From NCBI GenBank assembly GCA_977862235.1, contig OZ374564.1:1178001-1242000 (forward strand): a stretch of 64,000 nt of DNA, given 5' to 3'. How positions within the stretch are numbered: the first letter of the stretch is position 1; the number at the start of each line of letters is the position of its first letter. Of the stretch, positions 17,586-29,900 are shown in pieces. The stretch comes from Dudresnaya verticillata (taxonomy: Eukaryota). The notes beneath the pieces are model-generated. The model was given only the letters and a program-made list of their open reading frames with translations. It did no database searches and was not told the DNA's origin. A program made the translations under genes and the position numbers.

Positions 17586-20500
17586 ATGATATCCGCAAGG
17601 GGCGTGATTGATTCTGGCGCCGGACCCAATCTGGTTCATGTTAAAAGTTTACCTAATGGTTGGGAAAAGCGAGCCAAACCCTATAAGGAAACCACGCGTA
17701 GCATCGTTGACGCTTCTAATAATCGAATATTACCTCTAGGAGTCATCCCCTTGTATATCCGTGTCGGTAATCTCTATACGAAGACCCATTTTCTGGTTGT
17801 TGCTAATATGCCTGCCGAAGTTATACTTGGTACAGCCTTCATCGATCGGCATGTCACAGCCATCATGCCGGGACCCCGAAGGTTACTCTTGAAGGATGCC
17901 CCAGCCGTACCTATCCTCGGTGTTTCCATGGGAGGAATTACTGCTCCCGATGCCACACAACCAACGGTTTCTACCAGAGTGAGAATAGCCAAAGACTGGG
18001 TCATACCTCCTAGGTCACGTTCATTCGTGCCGGTGAGAACCAGCGCATCTGGATTATGCCTGGTTCAAAATATCCCGCGGTCACTACATAAGTCGTTAAC
18101 CATTATGGAAAACGGGATCAGGGACGTTCTTCCGATGGAAGTTTTCCCTGTGCTAATGACCAATTTTGGTGATCGCCCTGCTCGCTTGAAAAAGACGCAA
18201 GTAGTAGGCCATGCGTTACCACGGCCGGATCAGGTTTTGAGCATTGGAACTTTACAAGAAGCTCCCCAGTCGGATACCCAGGGGGAGAAGCCAAAGGCGG
18301 AACCCAGTTGGGAAGACACTGTCCATATAGGTGTCGAAGACAGTGCTACTCGATCCCAAATCATGGAAATGCTTCAAGAGTATCAAGAAATGTGGTCAGG
18401 CCAACTGGGCACCATTAAGGCCACTCAGCACAGGATTGAGTTGATGGACGGGGGAAAACCCATCTATCAACACCCTTATAGAGCTGGCCCTAAAGCTCGG
18501 GAAGCCGAAAAGGCGAAAGTACAACGAATGTTACGCGAAGGCGTTATTGAACCCTCTGGGGCAGAATGGGCCAGTCCCGTAGTCCTGGTGGCCAAACCGG
18601 ATGGGTCTCTACGTTTTTGCGTCGACTATCGCCGACTTAATAGTATTACTCGGAGAGATTCCTATCCGTTACCTCGAATGGACGAATGTATCGACTCGCT
18701 GGGAGACGCTAAGATATTTACGACGCTCGACTGTAATAGTGGCTATTGGCAAGTTGAAGTCGATCCCGACGATCGCGATAAGACGACGTTCACCTGCCAC
18801 GAAGGGTTATACCGTTTTATCAGGATGCCATTTGGTCTCAAGAATGCGCCCGCCACATTCCAACGGGCAGTCGACATTATATTATCTCGATGCAAGTGGC
18901 AATACGCTTTGGTTTACCTCGACGACGTTGTTGTGTACTCTCGGAGTATTAATGACCACTTCCACCATTTAGGTACTGTGCTTGATCTACTAAGAACCGC
19001 AGGGGTTTCTCTTAAGTTATCTAAGTGTAAGTTCTTCGAGGCGTCCGTCGATTACCTCGGCCATGTCATACGCCCAGGAAAAAAGCTGGAAGTCGCCTCC
19101 AAGAACGTTACCGCACTACGCCAGGCGAAACCTCCCACGGATCAAACCGATTTAAGGTCATTTCTTGGAGTATGTAACGTCTATCGACGCTTCGTCCCTA
19201 ATTATGTACGCATTGCGTCTCCGCTCTGCAGGAAACTCCGCAAGGATCAACCCTTCACTTTTGAGTCACTCGCAGAGGATGAATACGACGCCTTCGACGA
19301 ACTCCGGCGTCGTCTTTTAACGGCACCCATATTGGCGTTACCTCGAAAGGGATTCCGTTATTACGTAGATACCGATGCGTGCGACCTTCAGGTTGGCTGT
19401 TGTTTACTTCAAGAAACCGAACAAGGGGATAAGCTGCCTATTGGTTATTGGAGTCGCACTCTTAATTCCGCCGAGCGTAATTATTCGGCTACCGAACGGG
19501 AATGTCTCGCCGTTGTATGGAGTCTTTTAACACTCCGACCTTACCTTGAAGGTGACCGCTTTACGGTTAGAACCGACCACGAACCACTTCAGTGGTTGCT
19601 AAACCTCTCGGATGCATCGGGTCGCCTAGCCCGTTGGCGTTTACGACTCTCGGCGTTCGACTTCCTAGTCACCTATAATCCTGGAAGGGAACATCATTTG
19701 GCAGACACCATGTCACGGCTTTCGACTCCAGGGAGTGACCAAACCCCATTAGACGATGACATCCCCTGTTTTGCCCTCGCGGTTGAACATAGCACCCCGC
19801 GTCAGCTCAATTTACCCACCGTCCGTGACTTGGCAAACCAAAAGGGTTTACCCCGTCAGGTTAATAAGCAAGAACTCCTCGAGGCACAATCAAAGGATGA
19901 GTACTGCCAAAAGATGGCTAACCAAGTTGGTATCGCTGGCTCCCAATTCCAGTGGGACCATAATGGTTTTCTAATCCGCCAAGCGACACTCGATGGAGCA
20001 CTTCAGATAGTAGTGCCAAAGTCCCTGCGTCCCCGCATCCTATATTTGGCCCACTATCCTCTCCTCTCTGGACACCCTGGTGGTTCAAGGATGTACTACA
20101 CCCTCCGGCGACAGTTTTATTGGCCGTATATGGCTAATGACGCATATGCCGTTGTGGGTGACTGTACTAAGTGTGTCCAAAATCGGGGTACCGTACGGAA
20201 ACATCAGAACTACCTTAAGCTATTTCCCGCCGCTGGCCCACTGGAATTCCTTGCTATGGATCTCGCGGGACCTTTCCCCAAAACAGAGCACGGCAACCGT
20301 TTCGTCCTGGTTATTACCGATCGGTTTTCTAAGCTTACGCGCGCCATACCTTTACGGAATACCAATGCCCGCACGGTCGCACAAGTTTTTCTGGACCACT
20401 GGGTCTACCCTTACGGTGTCCCGTTATATGTGCTTTCCGATAATGGTCCACAGTTCGTGTCCAAGTTCTTCGCCACGATCTGCCAAACCCTGGGGTTACG

Positions 20501-21419
20501 TCAGTTATTCACAACCGCTTACCACCCCCAGACCAACGGTCAGGTCGAACGATTCAATAAGACCCTTGTCCAACGGTTACGTCATTATGTCGCGGATCAT
20601 CAGCGTGACTGGGACAGTTACGTGCATCCGCTTACCTATGCGTATAACCTTCAGGTTCACCGCTCTACGGGTACTTCACCTTTTGATCTCGTCCTGTCCC
20701 GGCAACCTTCGGTTATACCTCTCCAAGGTTCCCCCACCACGGGTCTTACTAATCAGTTGGATTCTCAACTCACCGTTGCTTCTGTCAAGCGTTTAACCAT
20801 TCGGAAACTTCAACAGGCCATTGCAACCGCTCGGGGCACCCTCACGGCTGCCCAACAACGGTATAAATCGGCCTTTGATACCTCCATGGCACGGCCTTTT
20901 TCGGTTACCATCGGTGATTGGGTCTATCTGGACCGTCCTAAGTTCACGAAACGCCAAGTTGGTGAACGACAGGCTTCCCTCGTCGACCCCGCCGAGGAGC
21001 AGAACCTTTCTAGGAAACTTTTGCCCAAAGCGACCGGACCCTTTTTGGTTACAGCCGTTAATCCCAACCATACGGTTACGATTAAGCAATACGGGCTTTT
21101 TAATACCGTTTCGCAAGACCGTATTTCGGTTGACCCTCATCGTGGACCCCGAACTCCCCTAGCCGACCCGGAGATAACGCAGGATGCGCCTTCGGCTCCT
21201 CCACCGCCTACTACCCAACCCCAGTCGGATTACTATACAGTTGACCACTTGGTTAAGCACCGTGTCACCGACAGTGGTTACCAATACAAGGTTCGCTGGT
21301 ATGGTTACGCCCCCAATGATGATACTTGGGAGCCCCCCGCGCACATCCCTCACAACTTTGTGTTACGCTACTGGCGCCGGCTTGACCAGACGCCACCGCC
21401 CGGAGCTGGGGGGGTGTAG
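17586..21419 (+). CDS. pol: Pol (PR-RT-RNaseH-IN-chromodomain), 1277 aa, unit 2
   Basis: IDSGA protease; MPFGL and YLDD RT; TDAC/ECLA/TDH RNase H; HHCC plus D-D-E integrase; GPF motif; C-terminal YKVRWYGY...DTWEP chromodomain. Confidence 0.96.
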   Translation: MISARGVIDSGAGPNLVHVKSLPNGWEKRAKPYKETTRSIVDASNNRILPLGVIPLYIRVGNLYTKTHFLVVANMPAEVILGTAFIDRHVTAIMPGPRRLLLKDAPAVPILGVSMGGITAPDATQPTVSTRVRIAKDWVIPPRSRSFVPVRTSASGLCLVQNIPRSLHKSLTIMENGIRDVLPMEVFPVLMTNFGDRPARLKKTQVVGHALPRPDQVLSIGTLQEAPQSDTQGEKPKAEPSWEDTVHIGVEDSATRSQIMEMLQEYQEMWSGQLGTIKATQHRIELMDGGKPIYQHPYRAGPKAREAEKAKVQRMLREGVIEPSGAEWASPVVLVAKPDGSLRFCVDYRRLNSITRRDSYPLPRMDECIDSLGDAKIFTTLDCNSGYWQVEVDPDDRDKTTFTCHEGLYRFIRMPFGLKNAPATFQRAVDIILSRCKWQYALVYLDDVVVYSRSINDHFHHLGTVLDLLRTAGVSLKLSKCKFFEASVDYLGHVIRPGKKLEVASKNVTALRQAKPPTDQTDLRSFLGVCNVYRRFVPNYVRIASPLCRKLRKDQPFTFESLAEDEYDAFDELRRRLLTAPILALPRKGFRYYVDTDACDLQVGCCLLQETEQGDKLPIGYWSRTLNSAERNYSATERECLAVVWSLLTLRPYLEGDRFTVRTDHEPLQWLLNLSDASGRLARWRLRLSAFDFLVTYNPGREHHLADTMSRLSTPGSDQTPLDDDIPCFALAVEHSTPRQLNLPTVRDLANQKGLPRQVNKQELLEAQSKDEYCQKMANQVGIAGSQFQWDHNGFLIRQATLDGALQIVVPKSLRPRILYLAHYPLLSGHPGGSRMYYTLRRQFYWPYMANDAYAVVGDCTKCVQNRGTVRKHQNYLKLFPAAGPLEFLAMDLAGPFPKTEHGNRFVLVITDRFSKLTRAIPLRNTNARTVAQVFLDHWVYPYGVPLYVLSDNGPQFVSKFFATICQTLGLRQLFTTAYHPQTNGQVERFNKTLVQRLRHYVADHQRDWDSYVHPLTYAYNLQVHRSTGTSPFDLVLSRQPSVIPLQGSPTTGLTNQLDSQLTVASVKRLTIRKLQQAIATARGTLTAAQQRYKSAFDTSMARPFSVTIGDWVYLDRPKFTKRQVGERQASLVDPAEEQNLSRKLLPKATGPFLVTAVNPNHTVTIKQYGLFNTVSQDRISVDPHRGPRTPLADPEITQDAPSAPPPPTTQPQSDYYTVDHLVKHRVTDSGYQYKVRWYGYAPNDDTWEPPAHIPHNFVLRYWRRLDQTPPPGAGGV

Positions 21420-21714
21420 GTGTCATGGATTTTCGCGGACCCCAAAGTACACATCGCGAAACGTCACTCAGAGAGTCAGCGCCACCCAATCAACAGGCTT
21501 CGCGACGGCGTTATCTCATGGAGTCAAATGAATCGGCACTAGGTCCTACCCCTCTTCACTTTTTCTATTTATTCTACGCTACTTGCCTACAGTACACTGC
21601 ACTCTTTTAGAAACCAAGACAAAGGACAGCCACACAGGGAGGTACAACACAAGACAGAAGATATTTTATTGGACACTCGTCAGGTCACCCTAGAGGCTCA
21701 TCTAATTAGAGTAC

Positions 21715-22515
21715 CTACTGGTAACGGGAACGTTTCCCAACCGACTCCTCGAAGTCGCCCGAACGAGAAGACGCAAGGCGACGGGGTTGGAAAGGAGACG
21801 CCCTACGAGTCTCAGCAGGCGTGGTAGCTCCAGGAGTCGCTTCGGGCAGCGCCGCTCGGCTCCCTACCTCCACGGGAGTAGCCATACTGGTAGTAACCCC
21901 GGTAGGAAGAGGCTGCGTCACCTGATAGGTAGAGGAGCCAGCTGGAGTCTCCTTAGGCGGCCCCCCCACAACCATCTTGGTAATATCCGACGGAGCAGCG
22001 GATTGCCGTTCAGCTCCCTGAACGGGCCCCGGCGACGCCAGAGCCAAAGGGTCACCCGGTTGATAGTTCACCACTTGGGTTAGCGAATCGGTCGCGCCAC
22101 GAGCGGAAGTCTTCGGCTGAATATCGCTCTTGCGTAAGACCTCCCGGGTGAACTTGGTACAGGAGGTGACGAAACTCGTGGAGTTCTGCGGCATCGCCGC
22201 CGCCATGCTCGCAAGAGACGCCCGGACGTTGGCCACTTCGGTTCCCAAACGGTCCATCGTTGCCATATGGTTACCCAGTTGGTTCACTTCGAAGTTCCCC
22301 ATCTGGGCCACCTCCCGGAGTAACCAAGTCAGGAGGGCCTCCTTCGACACCCACTCCCGAGCGGCATCCAGAGCCTCCTCTACAGTTGCCGGTACCGGAA
22401 CCTTTGCAGCGCGACACGCCTCTTGAAGTCGACCAAATTTAAGGTGACCAGAGGTAGAAAGGGTCGTTCCAGCTGGGACCGTCGCTGCACAAGAGGGACC
22501 ACTCGGTGAAGCCAA
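21715..22515 (-). CDS. Antisense ORF distal part, unit 2
   Basis: As unit 1. Confidence 0.55.
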   Translation of the reverse strand: MASPSGPSCAATVPAGTTLSTSGHLKFGRLQEACRAAKVPVPATVEEALDAAREWVSKEALLTWLLREVAQMGNFEVNQLGNHMATMDRLGTEVANVRASLASMAAAMPQNSTSFVTSCTKFTREVLRKSDIQPKTSARGATDSLTQVVNYQPGDPLALASPGPVQGAERQSAAPSDITKMVVGGPPKETPAGSSTYQVTQPLPTGVTTSMATPVEVGSRAALPEATPGATTPAETRRASPFQPRRLASSRSGDFEESVGKRSRYQ

Positions 22516-22527
22516 TGGGTTAACTTG

Positions 22528-23943
22528 TCAAGCCGCTGCTTCGCGAGTGACCATCGGGGGTATGCCAGTGGAGGGTGCCCGTGCGGGTGTCGCCGGACGC
22601 GCTTCACGCATTTGCGTTACTGTCCCCGGTGCCGCTCGTGGCTTTGGAGTCCCCGGACGCGCCCCCAGACCCAGGCGCGCAGTCCTCGCTGGAGTCACTG
22701 GCCCTGACGCTGCTCGCGCCCGGTCGGGGTAACCACTGTAGGTGGGTGCCTCATCGTCGTCGACCACTTGGTTTCTCTCCGAGTTCGGCCCCATGTGACC
22801 CCAGCCACGACCCATATTCCCTGCCTCCCCAAAGGAGTAGAGAGGCGGACCAGGACGGTTGTCAACGATATGTCGCCTACCAAATCGGCCAACCGCTTCG
22901 GCAACCTCAGGGTCATACGCAACCCAGACCTCGCCGGCGGCCCACTTGAAGGTCTCCGATGCGGTTAGTAGTCCCGCCAAGTCGTCACCCGCAAAGGTAC
23001 TACCCCCACAAATGAGGTCAACCCCGAGGGTGCGAATGGCCTCGATGAGTGTCTTGGACAAGCGGAAGAGACGACCATCCGGTAGACCATCTTGGGTATG
23101 ATAACCAGCTTCGGTATAGGGCGTCGCGTCCCACATGCCAAAGTAGGCTGCCTGAAGAAAGGCCAGTGCTACGTGGAGTACCTGCTCGGTTTTGGAGATT
23201 GACCACACCGGGTAATACCACTTCGCCGCAGATTCACGCGCATGGGCGCTGAAGTACACCAAAACTCCTGGAGTTAACGACGGCAAGGAGCGCGGACCTT
23301 CGATGGCGTGCCACCAGCTGGGTTTCTTCACATAGTAATCACGACGCCGACCCATGGGGATATTCCACATTTCGACGTTGTGAAACCCCGCTAGGAGAGC
23401 ATCGGTACGGTTGCGGATGCGCGTCTCCGTCCAGATGTCCACTGCCCACCGCTCGGTCAACCACCACAGGTCGGGAAAAGGCTTCGACTCCAGGAGTGAC
23501 TCAGGAAGTAACTTGATCTCGTTCACCCACTGGTTACCCTCAAGGAAGCGGTAGAGAGAGGGGACGTAGTCTTCTTCGAACCCGACACGCAGCCACTTGA
23601 GGTCACTACCATAATGGTTCGGAACGAGGACGCTTGGCGGACAGTGACGCAGACGCGCAACCCACTGGTTCTCGCGCTTACCCTCGGGGATCGCCCGGAA
23701 GCGGTAGGTGTCCGGATGGGTGTCCACGAGGTAACCTTGGAGTGGGAACTGCTCCAGCACCTCCTGGTTGGAAAACGCCGACAAACCGCCGTGGCCACCC
23801 ATGGGGGAAGACTGGGCCATCGCGGCGTAGTAACCTCCGCGGCTTACGCAAGGCGTGACTGGAAAGACCACGTCGGGGTTGGAGAAACGACGGCGACGGG
23901 GTGGTGAACGGCGTGGTGTTGGTTGTGGTTGACGTGGGACCAT
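22528..23943 (-). CDS. Antisense ORF proximal part, unit 2
   Basis: As unit 1. Confidence 0.75.
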   Translation of the reverse strand: MVPRQPQPTPRRSPPRRRRFSNPDVVFPVTPCVSRGGYYAAMAQSSPMGGHGGLSAFSNQEVLEQFPLQGYLVDTHPDTYRFRAIPEGKRENQWVARLRHCPPSVLVPNHYGSDLKWLRVGFEEDYVPSLYRFLEGNQWVNEIKLLPESLLESKPFPDLWWLTERWAVDIWTETRIRNRTDALLAGFHNVEMWNIPMGRRRDYYVKKPSWWHAIEGPRSLPSLTPGVLVYFSAHARESAAKWYYPVWSISKTEQVLHVALAFLQAAYFGMWDATPYTEAGYHTQDGLPDGRLFRLSKTLIEAIRTLGVDLICGGSTFAGDDLAGLLTASETFKWAAGEVWVAYDPEVAEAVGRFGRRHIVDNRPGPPLYSFGEAGNMGRGWGHMGPNSERNQVVDDDEAPTYSGYPDRARAASGPVTPARTARLGLGARPGTPKPRAAPGTVTQMREARPATPARAPSTGIPPMVTREAAA

Positions 23944-24128
23944 GTTGGAAAACCCTTTGAGGTGATGTTGCTGCGGAAGAGAAGTACTGCTGCACGCGGG
24001 ATCGATTGTCGGCCGACGACGGTCATGGGCGTCGAACCGTCTGGATACCAAACGGTTATGATTTCGCGCGAAACGCGTGCAGGCTGCCCTGGCGTCCCGA
24101 GGACGGGCCGCAATCTCGGGGGGAGCTC

Positions 24129-24647
24129 TGTAATACAGTGAAGGGCTTACAGAAGTGGGCCCTCTGCCCGCGTGTATGCGCGAAAATAGCGTTACCTATA
24201 GGGCGCCAGCAGGGACAAGATGGGTAGCCTATGATTGGTCCAAGTGTCACCCTGCAGGTCAGTAGCTTAGTATCTGTCTATTTATTTTAGAAATTATAGC
24301 TTAGGATAGGGGGCGTGTATATAGCCCAGTATGAGGGGTGCTGCCTGACAGTCGGAGTACCATATAAGGGTATCTCCCGTAGCGGTCACTGAACAGTAAA
24401 GGTAAGCACCTTCCGGCCCCAACTACGTCTCCAAGCTATCGGCACCGCAGCACACTTGTCACCCGTGCCCGGTTAACCGCCCGCCCAGTGAACTACCTTC
24501 AGTATCGTGCTTCCAATCAGGTTACGTGCCCTCGTCTCCCCTCTGGGTTCCTCCCGCTCTACCACCGCTACCAGGTACCCGCTCTGTGGCTTTCTCATTG
24601 AGTGCACTCTTTGAGTTCACAAGAGACCCAAAAGGCACTTCCTTACA
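24129..24647 (+). repeat. LTR 3 (shared)
   Basis: As LTR 2. Confidence 0.95.
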
Positions 24648-24762
24648 TCTGGTCTCCCGACCTAGAACTTCAAGGTTGATGAGCCGTTAAGAGGACGACG
24701 AATATCGTAACCCAATTGGATACTGAAGAAAATCAACCCACCAAGGCCCCTGTTACTCCAAG

Positions 24763-26796
24763 ATGTCAACTCACTCTCAAAGTAGTTCCCGTCGTGGTCA
24801 GAAGGCGGAGCAGACCCCATTGGTCCCCCCAGTTGAGGACCCGGAGTCTTTTCTCCACCCTCCGAGAACTCCTGGAGTAGAACAAGAGGAACCGCCTGGT
24901 CAAGCATCCACCAATCCCGTAACAGGTAAACCCTTAGCCGGTCCTTCGAAAGAAGTCGCAAGGCAGCCCCCGCTACATTCCAACCGTAACCATTGGGTCA
25001 ATACTGATCTGATGCCCCGTCTGATCAACTGGCTACATGATGCGTTGACCCTTCGGTTACCTCAAACGGTTGAACCACTAGTGGGACACTTTCTAGAGGA
25101 ACAAGGTCCAAGGACACTCTCAGAGTTTGCCGCCACGGCTACTGACAAGTTAGTCCAGTCATGGACCACTCAGCCGGACAGTAGTCCAATCTATGGGATG
25201 CTTACCAAAATGGTTCCCCCGTTGGTCGCTCAGTCTCTCGAGGCCTATGGGCAAGCAGCGGACCCTTCAACTGGACCAAAGTCTAAACCCACAGGGGAAA
25301 CCAAAGTGGAAAATAAGGAGGATGATGTCGTCCCTCCTAGCATCGTTCTACCAACCAAAACTGGTGATATAAAAAAGGAACCCGAAGGGGGTTTGTCGGA
25401 CTCCGAAGGTAGTAAGAGTAACCGACAAGGATCGAAGTCCAAGAATTCTAAAAAGAAGAAGAAGAAGGACAAACGAAAGAAAAATAAGAAGAAACATCAC
25501 TCATCTGAGTCTGACTCATCGTCAGTTACCTCAGATGGTTCAAGTTCGGATGATTCATCCGATGATGACCGACGGCGCCGTCGCCGGTCGTCTAAACCTA
25601 CAAAGGTCAGGAGGATTAAACCCCTTAACGACCTATTTACCCGAGTGGTTAGCTTTCAAAGTTACCGATTAGACAACCGCTCAAGGCTTTACTCTTCGAG
25701 AATCTCTCGGAAAGTAAATACCTACTATAAGAGGATGGCTATTCAGATGCCACCCTCTCGGTTTTCGGGGGTAGACCCGATTAACACCTTGGGTTTCCTA
25801 GCAAGGTTCAAGCATGCCTGTAACCACAATGATATCCATGAAGGAGCTGCCGTTTGGTTACTACAATATTTTATGGCAGGAACCGCAAGGGACAACCTTC
25901 AGGCGAGGCTCCAGACAAGAACCAGTATGGTCGTAGACTATGAAGATGAGGGAGATTTATTAACAACGTACCCTGAAGTGGTTAATTACCTTTTGGAAAC
26001 TTATGCTACCGATGAGGTTATTGCACTAGCCTATGCCGACGTGATTTCGTTGCGACAAGCAGAGGGCAAAACGGAACGGGACTTCGCAGAGTTAGTAAGA
26101 GCCAGAGCTCGCCGTTGCGGGTCGGTGTTCACTGAACACCGCCTCAAGGCGATCTTCGTTGATGGGCTCCTCCCTAGTATCCGTGCACCGGTTCGTAACC
26201 GATTGGCTTCCTCAAAGAGTTTGTCCTACACCCATATTACACAGTATGCACAAGATCTTGGGGAAGCTCACAGGAGTACACGTGGGACGACTAACCTAAA
26301 GGGTAAAAGGGGAGTAATTCCCGTCGCCGCGGTTAGCTTCGAGAAACCGCCGTCTCACTCCGTGAGTACGTCGACAGCTACCTCCGAGGGTTTACCGGGA
26401 ATGGAAGACATTCATGAAGAGGAGATTTTCCAACTTGGTGAAGAATTATCTAACCAGTCTATGACACCCCCGTCTTCGATAACCACAGTAGGATCCCGAG
26501 ATGGTGCGCCGATACGGGCATGTTGGATCTGTGTTAATCCAGACCACATGGCACATGAATGTCCATTGGTAACCCCCGCGGTTCGCGCTGGCATAATTGC
26601 TTCCAGAAGGCAAAACCTCTATGGTTTAGCTCGGGCCCGAGCCATGCAAGGTAATCGACAAGGTAACCCCGGGGCCTCCTCCTCAACCGGCCATCCGGGC
26701 CCCACCCAGGCTAGACGCACGGGATCACCCTCAGTGGAGCCCTCAAAGGCAGCTCAAGGAGTTTCCATTGCGGAAAACGTGGAGGAGGAGGCATAA
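24763..26796 (+). CDS. gag: Gag, unit 3
   Basis: As unit 1. Confidence 0.93.
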   Translation: MSTHSQSSSRRGQKAEQTPLVPPVEDPESFLHPPRTPGVEQEEPPGQASTNPVTGKPLAGPSKEVARQPPLHSNRNHWVNTDLMPRLINWLHDALTLRLPQTVEPLVGHFLEEQGPRTLSEFAATATDKLVQSWTTQPDSSPIYGMLTKMVPPLVAQSLEAYGQAADPSTGPKSKPTGETKVENKEDDVVPPSIVLPTKTGDIKKEPEGGLSDSEGSKSNRQGSKSKNSKKKKKKDKRKKNKKKHHSSESDSSSVTSDGSSSDDSSDDDRRRRRRSSKPTKVRRIKPLNDLFTRVVSFQSYRLDNRSRLYSSRISRKVNTYYKRMAIQMPPSRFSGVDPINTLGFLARFKHACNHNDIHEGAAVWLLQYFMAGTARDNLQARLQTRTSMVVDYEDEGDLLTTYPEVVNYLLETYATDEVIALAYADVISLRQAEGKTERDFAELVRARARRCGSVFTEHRLKAIFVDGLLPSIRAPVRNRLASSKSLSYTHITQYAQDLGEAHRSTRGTTNLKGKRGVIPVAAVSFEKPPSHSVSTSTATSEGLPGMEDIHEEEIFQLGEELSNQSMTPPSSITTVGSRDGAPIRACWICVNPDHMAHECPLVTPAVRAGIIASRRQNLYGLARARAMQGNRQGNPGASSSTGHPGPTQARRTGSPSVEPSKAAQGVSIAENVEEEA

Positions 26797-26951
26797 CGAC
26801 GCATGCCCCCTCCTCAAATATGCGCCTTCCAGAACCCGTATTACGACCCGATGTCGTGGATAACCTGGAGGGTGATGACTATGATGAAGTATGTTTACTT
26901 AAGAAGCAAAACTACAAAGTGGATCTATCGTTAGGGGTCTGGTCATCTTAG

Positions 26952-29900
26952 ATGATATCCGCAAGGGGCGTGATTGATTCTGGCGCCGGACCCAATCTGG
27001 TTCATGTTAAAATTTTACCTAATGGTTGGGAAAAGCGAGCCAAACCCTATAAGGAAACCACGCGTAGCATCGTTGACGCTTCTAATAATCGAATATTACC
27101 TCTAGGAGTCATCCCCTTGTATATCCGTGTCGGTAATCTCTATACGAAGACCCATTTTCTGGTTGTTGCTAATATGCCTGCCGAAGTTATACTTGGTACA
27201 GCCTTCATCGATCGGCATGTCACAGCCATCATGCCGGGACCCCGAAGGTTACTCTTGAAGGATGCCCCAGCCGTACCTATCCTCGGTGTTTCCATGGGAG
27301 GAATTACTGCTCCCGATGCCACACAACCAACGGTTTCTACCAGAGTGAGAATAGCCAAAGACTGGGTCATACCTCCTAGGTCACGTTCATTCGTGCCGGT
27401 GAGAACCAGCGCATCTGGATTATGCCTGGTTCAAAATATCCCGCGGTCACTACATAAGTCGTTAACCATTATGGAAAACGGGATCAGGGACGTTCTTCCG
27501 ATGGAAGTTTTCCCTGTGCTAATGACCAATTTTGGTGATCGCCCTGCTCGCTTGAAAAAGACGCAAGTAGTAGGCCATGCGTTACCACGGCCGGATCAGG
27601 TTTTGAGCATTGGAACTTTACAAGAAGCTCCCCAGTCGGATACCCAGGGGGAGAAGCCAAAGGCGGAACCCAGTTGGGAAGACACTGTCCATATAGGTGT
27701 CGAAGACAGTGCTACTCGATCCCAAATCATGGAAATGCTTCAAGAGTATCAAGAAATGTGGTCAGGCCAACTGGGCACCATTAAGGCCACTCAGCACAGG
27801 ATTGAGTTGATGGACGGGGGAAAACCCATCTATCAACACCCTTATAGAGCTGGCCCTAAAGCTCGGGAAGCCGAAAAGGCGAAAGTACAACGAATGTTAC
27901 GCGAAGGCGTTATTGAACCCTCTGGGGCAGAATGGGCCAGTCCCGTAGTCCTGGTGGCCAAACCGGATGGGTCTCTACGTTTTTGCGTCGACTATCGCCG
28001 ACTTAATAGTATTACTCGGAGAGATTCCTATCCGTTACCTCGAATGGACGAATGTATCGACTCGCTGGGAGACGCTAAGATATTTACGACGCTCGACTGT
28101 AATAGTGGCTATTGGCAAGTTGAAGTCGATCCCGACGATCGCGATAAGACGACGTTCACCTGCCACGAAGGATTATACCGTTTTATCAGGATGCCATTTG
28201 GTCTCAAGAATGCGCCCGCCACATTCCAACGGGCAGTCGACATTATATTATCTCGATGCAAGTGGCAATACGCTTTGGTTTACCTCGACGACGTTGTTGT
28301 GTACTCTCGGAGTATTAATGACCACTTCCACCATTTAGGTACTGTGCTTGATCTACTAAGAACCGCAGGGGTTTCTCTTAAGTTATCTAAGTGTAAGTTC
28401 TTCGAGGCGTCCGTCGATTACCTCGGCCATGTCATACGCCCAGGAAAAAAGCTGGAAGTCGCCTCCAAGAACGTTACCGCACTACGCCAGGCGAAACCTC
28501 CCACGGATCAAACCGATTTAAGGTCATTTCTTGGAGTATGTAACGTCTATCGACGCTTCGTCCCTAATTATGTACGCATTGCGTCTCCGCTCTGCAGGAA
28601 ACTCCGCAAGGATCAACCCTTCACTTTTGAGTCACTCGCAGAGGATGAATACGACGCCTTCGACGAACTCCGGCGTCGTCTTTTAACGGCACCCATATTG
28701 GCGTTACCTCGAAAGGGATTCCGTTATTACGTAGATACCGATGCGTGCGACCTTCAGGTTGGCTGTTGTTTACTTCAAGAAACCGAACAAGGGGATAAGC
28801 TGCCTATTGGTTATTGGAGTCGCACTCTTAATTCCGCCGAGCGTAATTATTCGGCTACCGAACGGGAATGTCTCGCCGTTGTATGGAGTCTTTTAACACT
28901 CCGACCTTACCTTGAAGGTGACCGCTTTACGGTTAGAACCGACCACGAACCACTTCAGTGGTTGCTAAACCTCTCGGATGCATCGGGTCGCCTAGCCCGT
29001 TGGCGTTTACGACTCTCGGAGTTCGACTTCCTAGTCACCTATAATCCTGGAAGGGAACATCATTTGGCAGACACCATGTCACGGCTTTCGACTCCAGGGA
29101 GTGACCAAACCCCATTAGACGATGACATCCCCTGTTTTGCCCTCGCGGTTGAACATAGCACCCCGCGTCAGCTCAATTTACCCACCGTCCGTGACTTGGC
29201 AAACCAAAAGGGTTTACCCCGTCAGGTTAATAAGCAAGAACTCCTCGAGGCACAATCAAAGGATGAGTACTGCCAAAAGATGGCTAACCAAGTTGGTATC
29301 GCTGGCTCCCAATTCCAGTGGGACCATAATGGTTTTCTAATCCGCCAAGCGACACTCGATGGAGCACTTCAGATAGTAGTGCCAAAGTCCCTGCGTCCCC
29401 GCATCCTATATTTGGCCCACTATCCTCTCCTCTCTGGACACCCTGGTGGTTCAAGGATGTACTACACCCTCCGGCGACAGTTTTATTGGCCGTATATGGC
29501 TAATGACGCATATGCCGTTGTGGGTGACTGTACTAAGTGTGTCCAAAATCGGGGTACCGTACGGAAACATCAGAACTACCTTAAGCTATTTCCCGCCGCT
29601 GGCCCACTGGAATTCCTTGCTATGGATCTCGCGGGACCTTTCCCCAAAACAGAGCACGGCAACCGTTTCGTCCTGGTTATTACCGATCGGTTTTCTAAGC
29701 TTACGCGCGCCATACCTTTACGGAATACCAATGCCCGCACGGTCGCACAAGTTTTTCTGGACCACTGGGTCTACCCTTACGGTGTCCCGTTATATGTGCT
29801 TTCCGATAATGGTCCACAGTTCGTGTCCAAGTTCTTCGCCACGATCTGCCAAACCCTGGGGTTACGTCAGTTATTCACAACCGCTTACCACCCCCAGACC

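Larger units (their letters stand above)
14763..24647 (+). mobile_element. Gypsy chromovirus unit 2
   Basis: Same structure; LTRs shared with neighbours. Confidence 0.97.
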
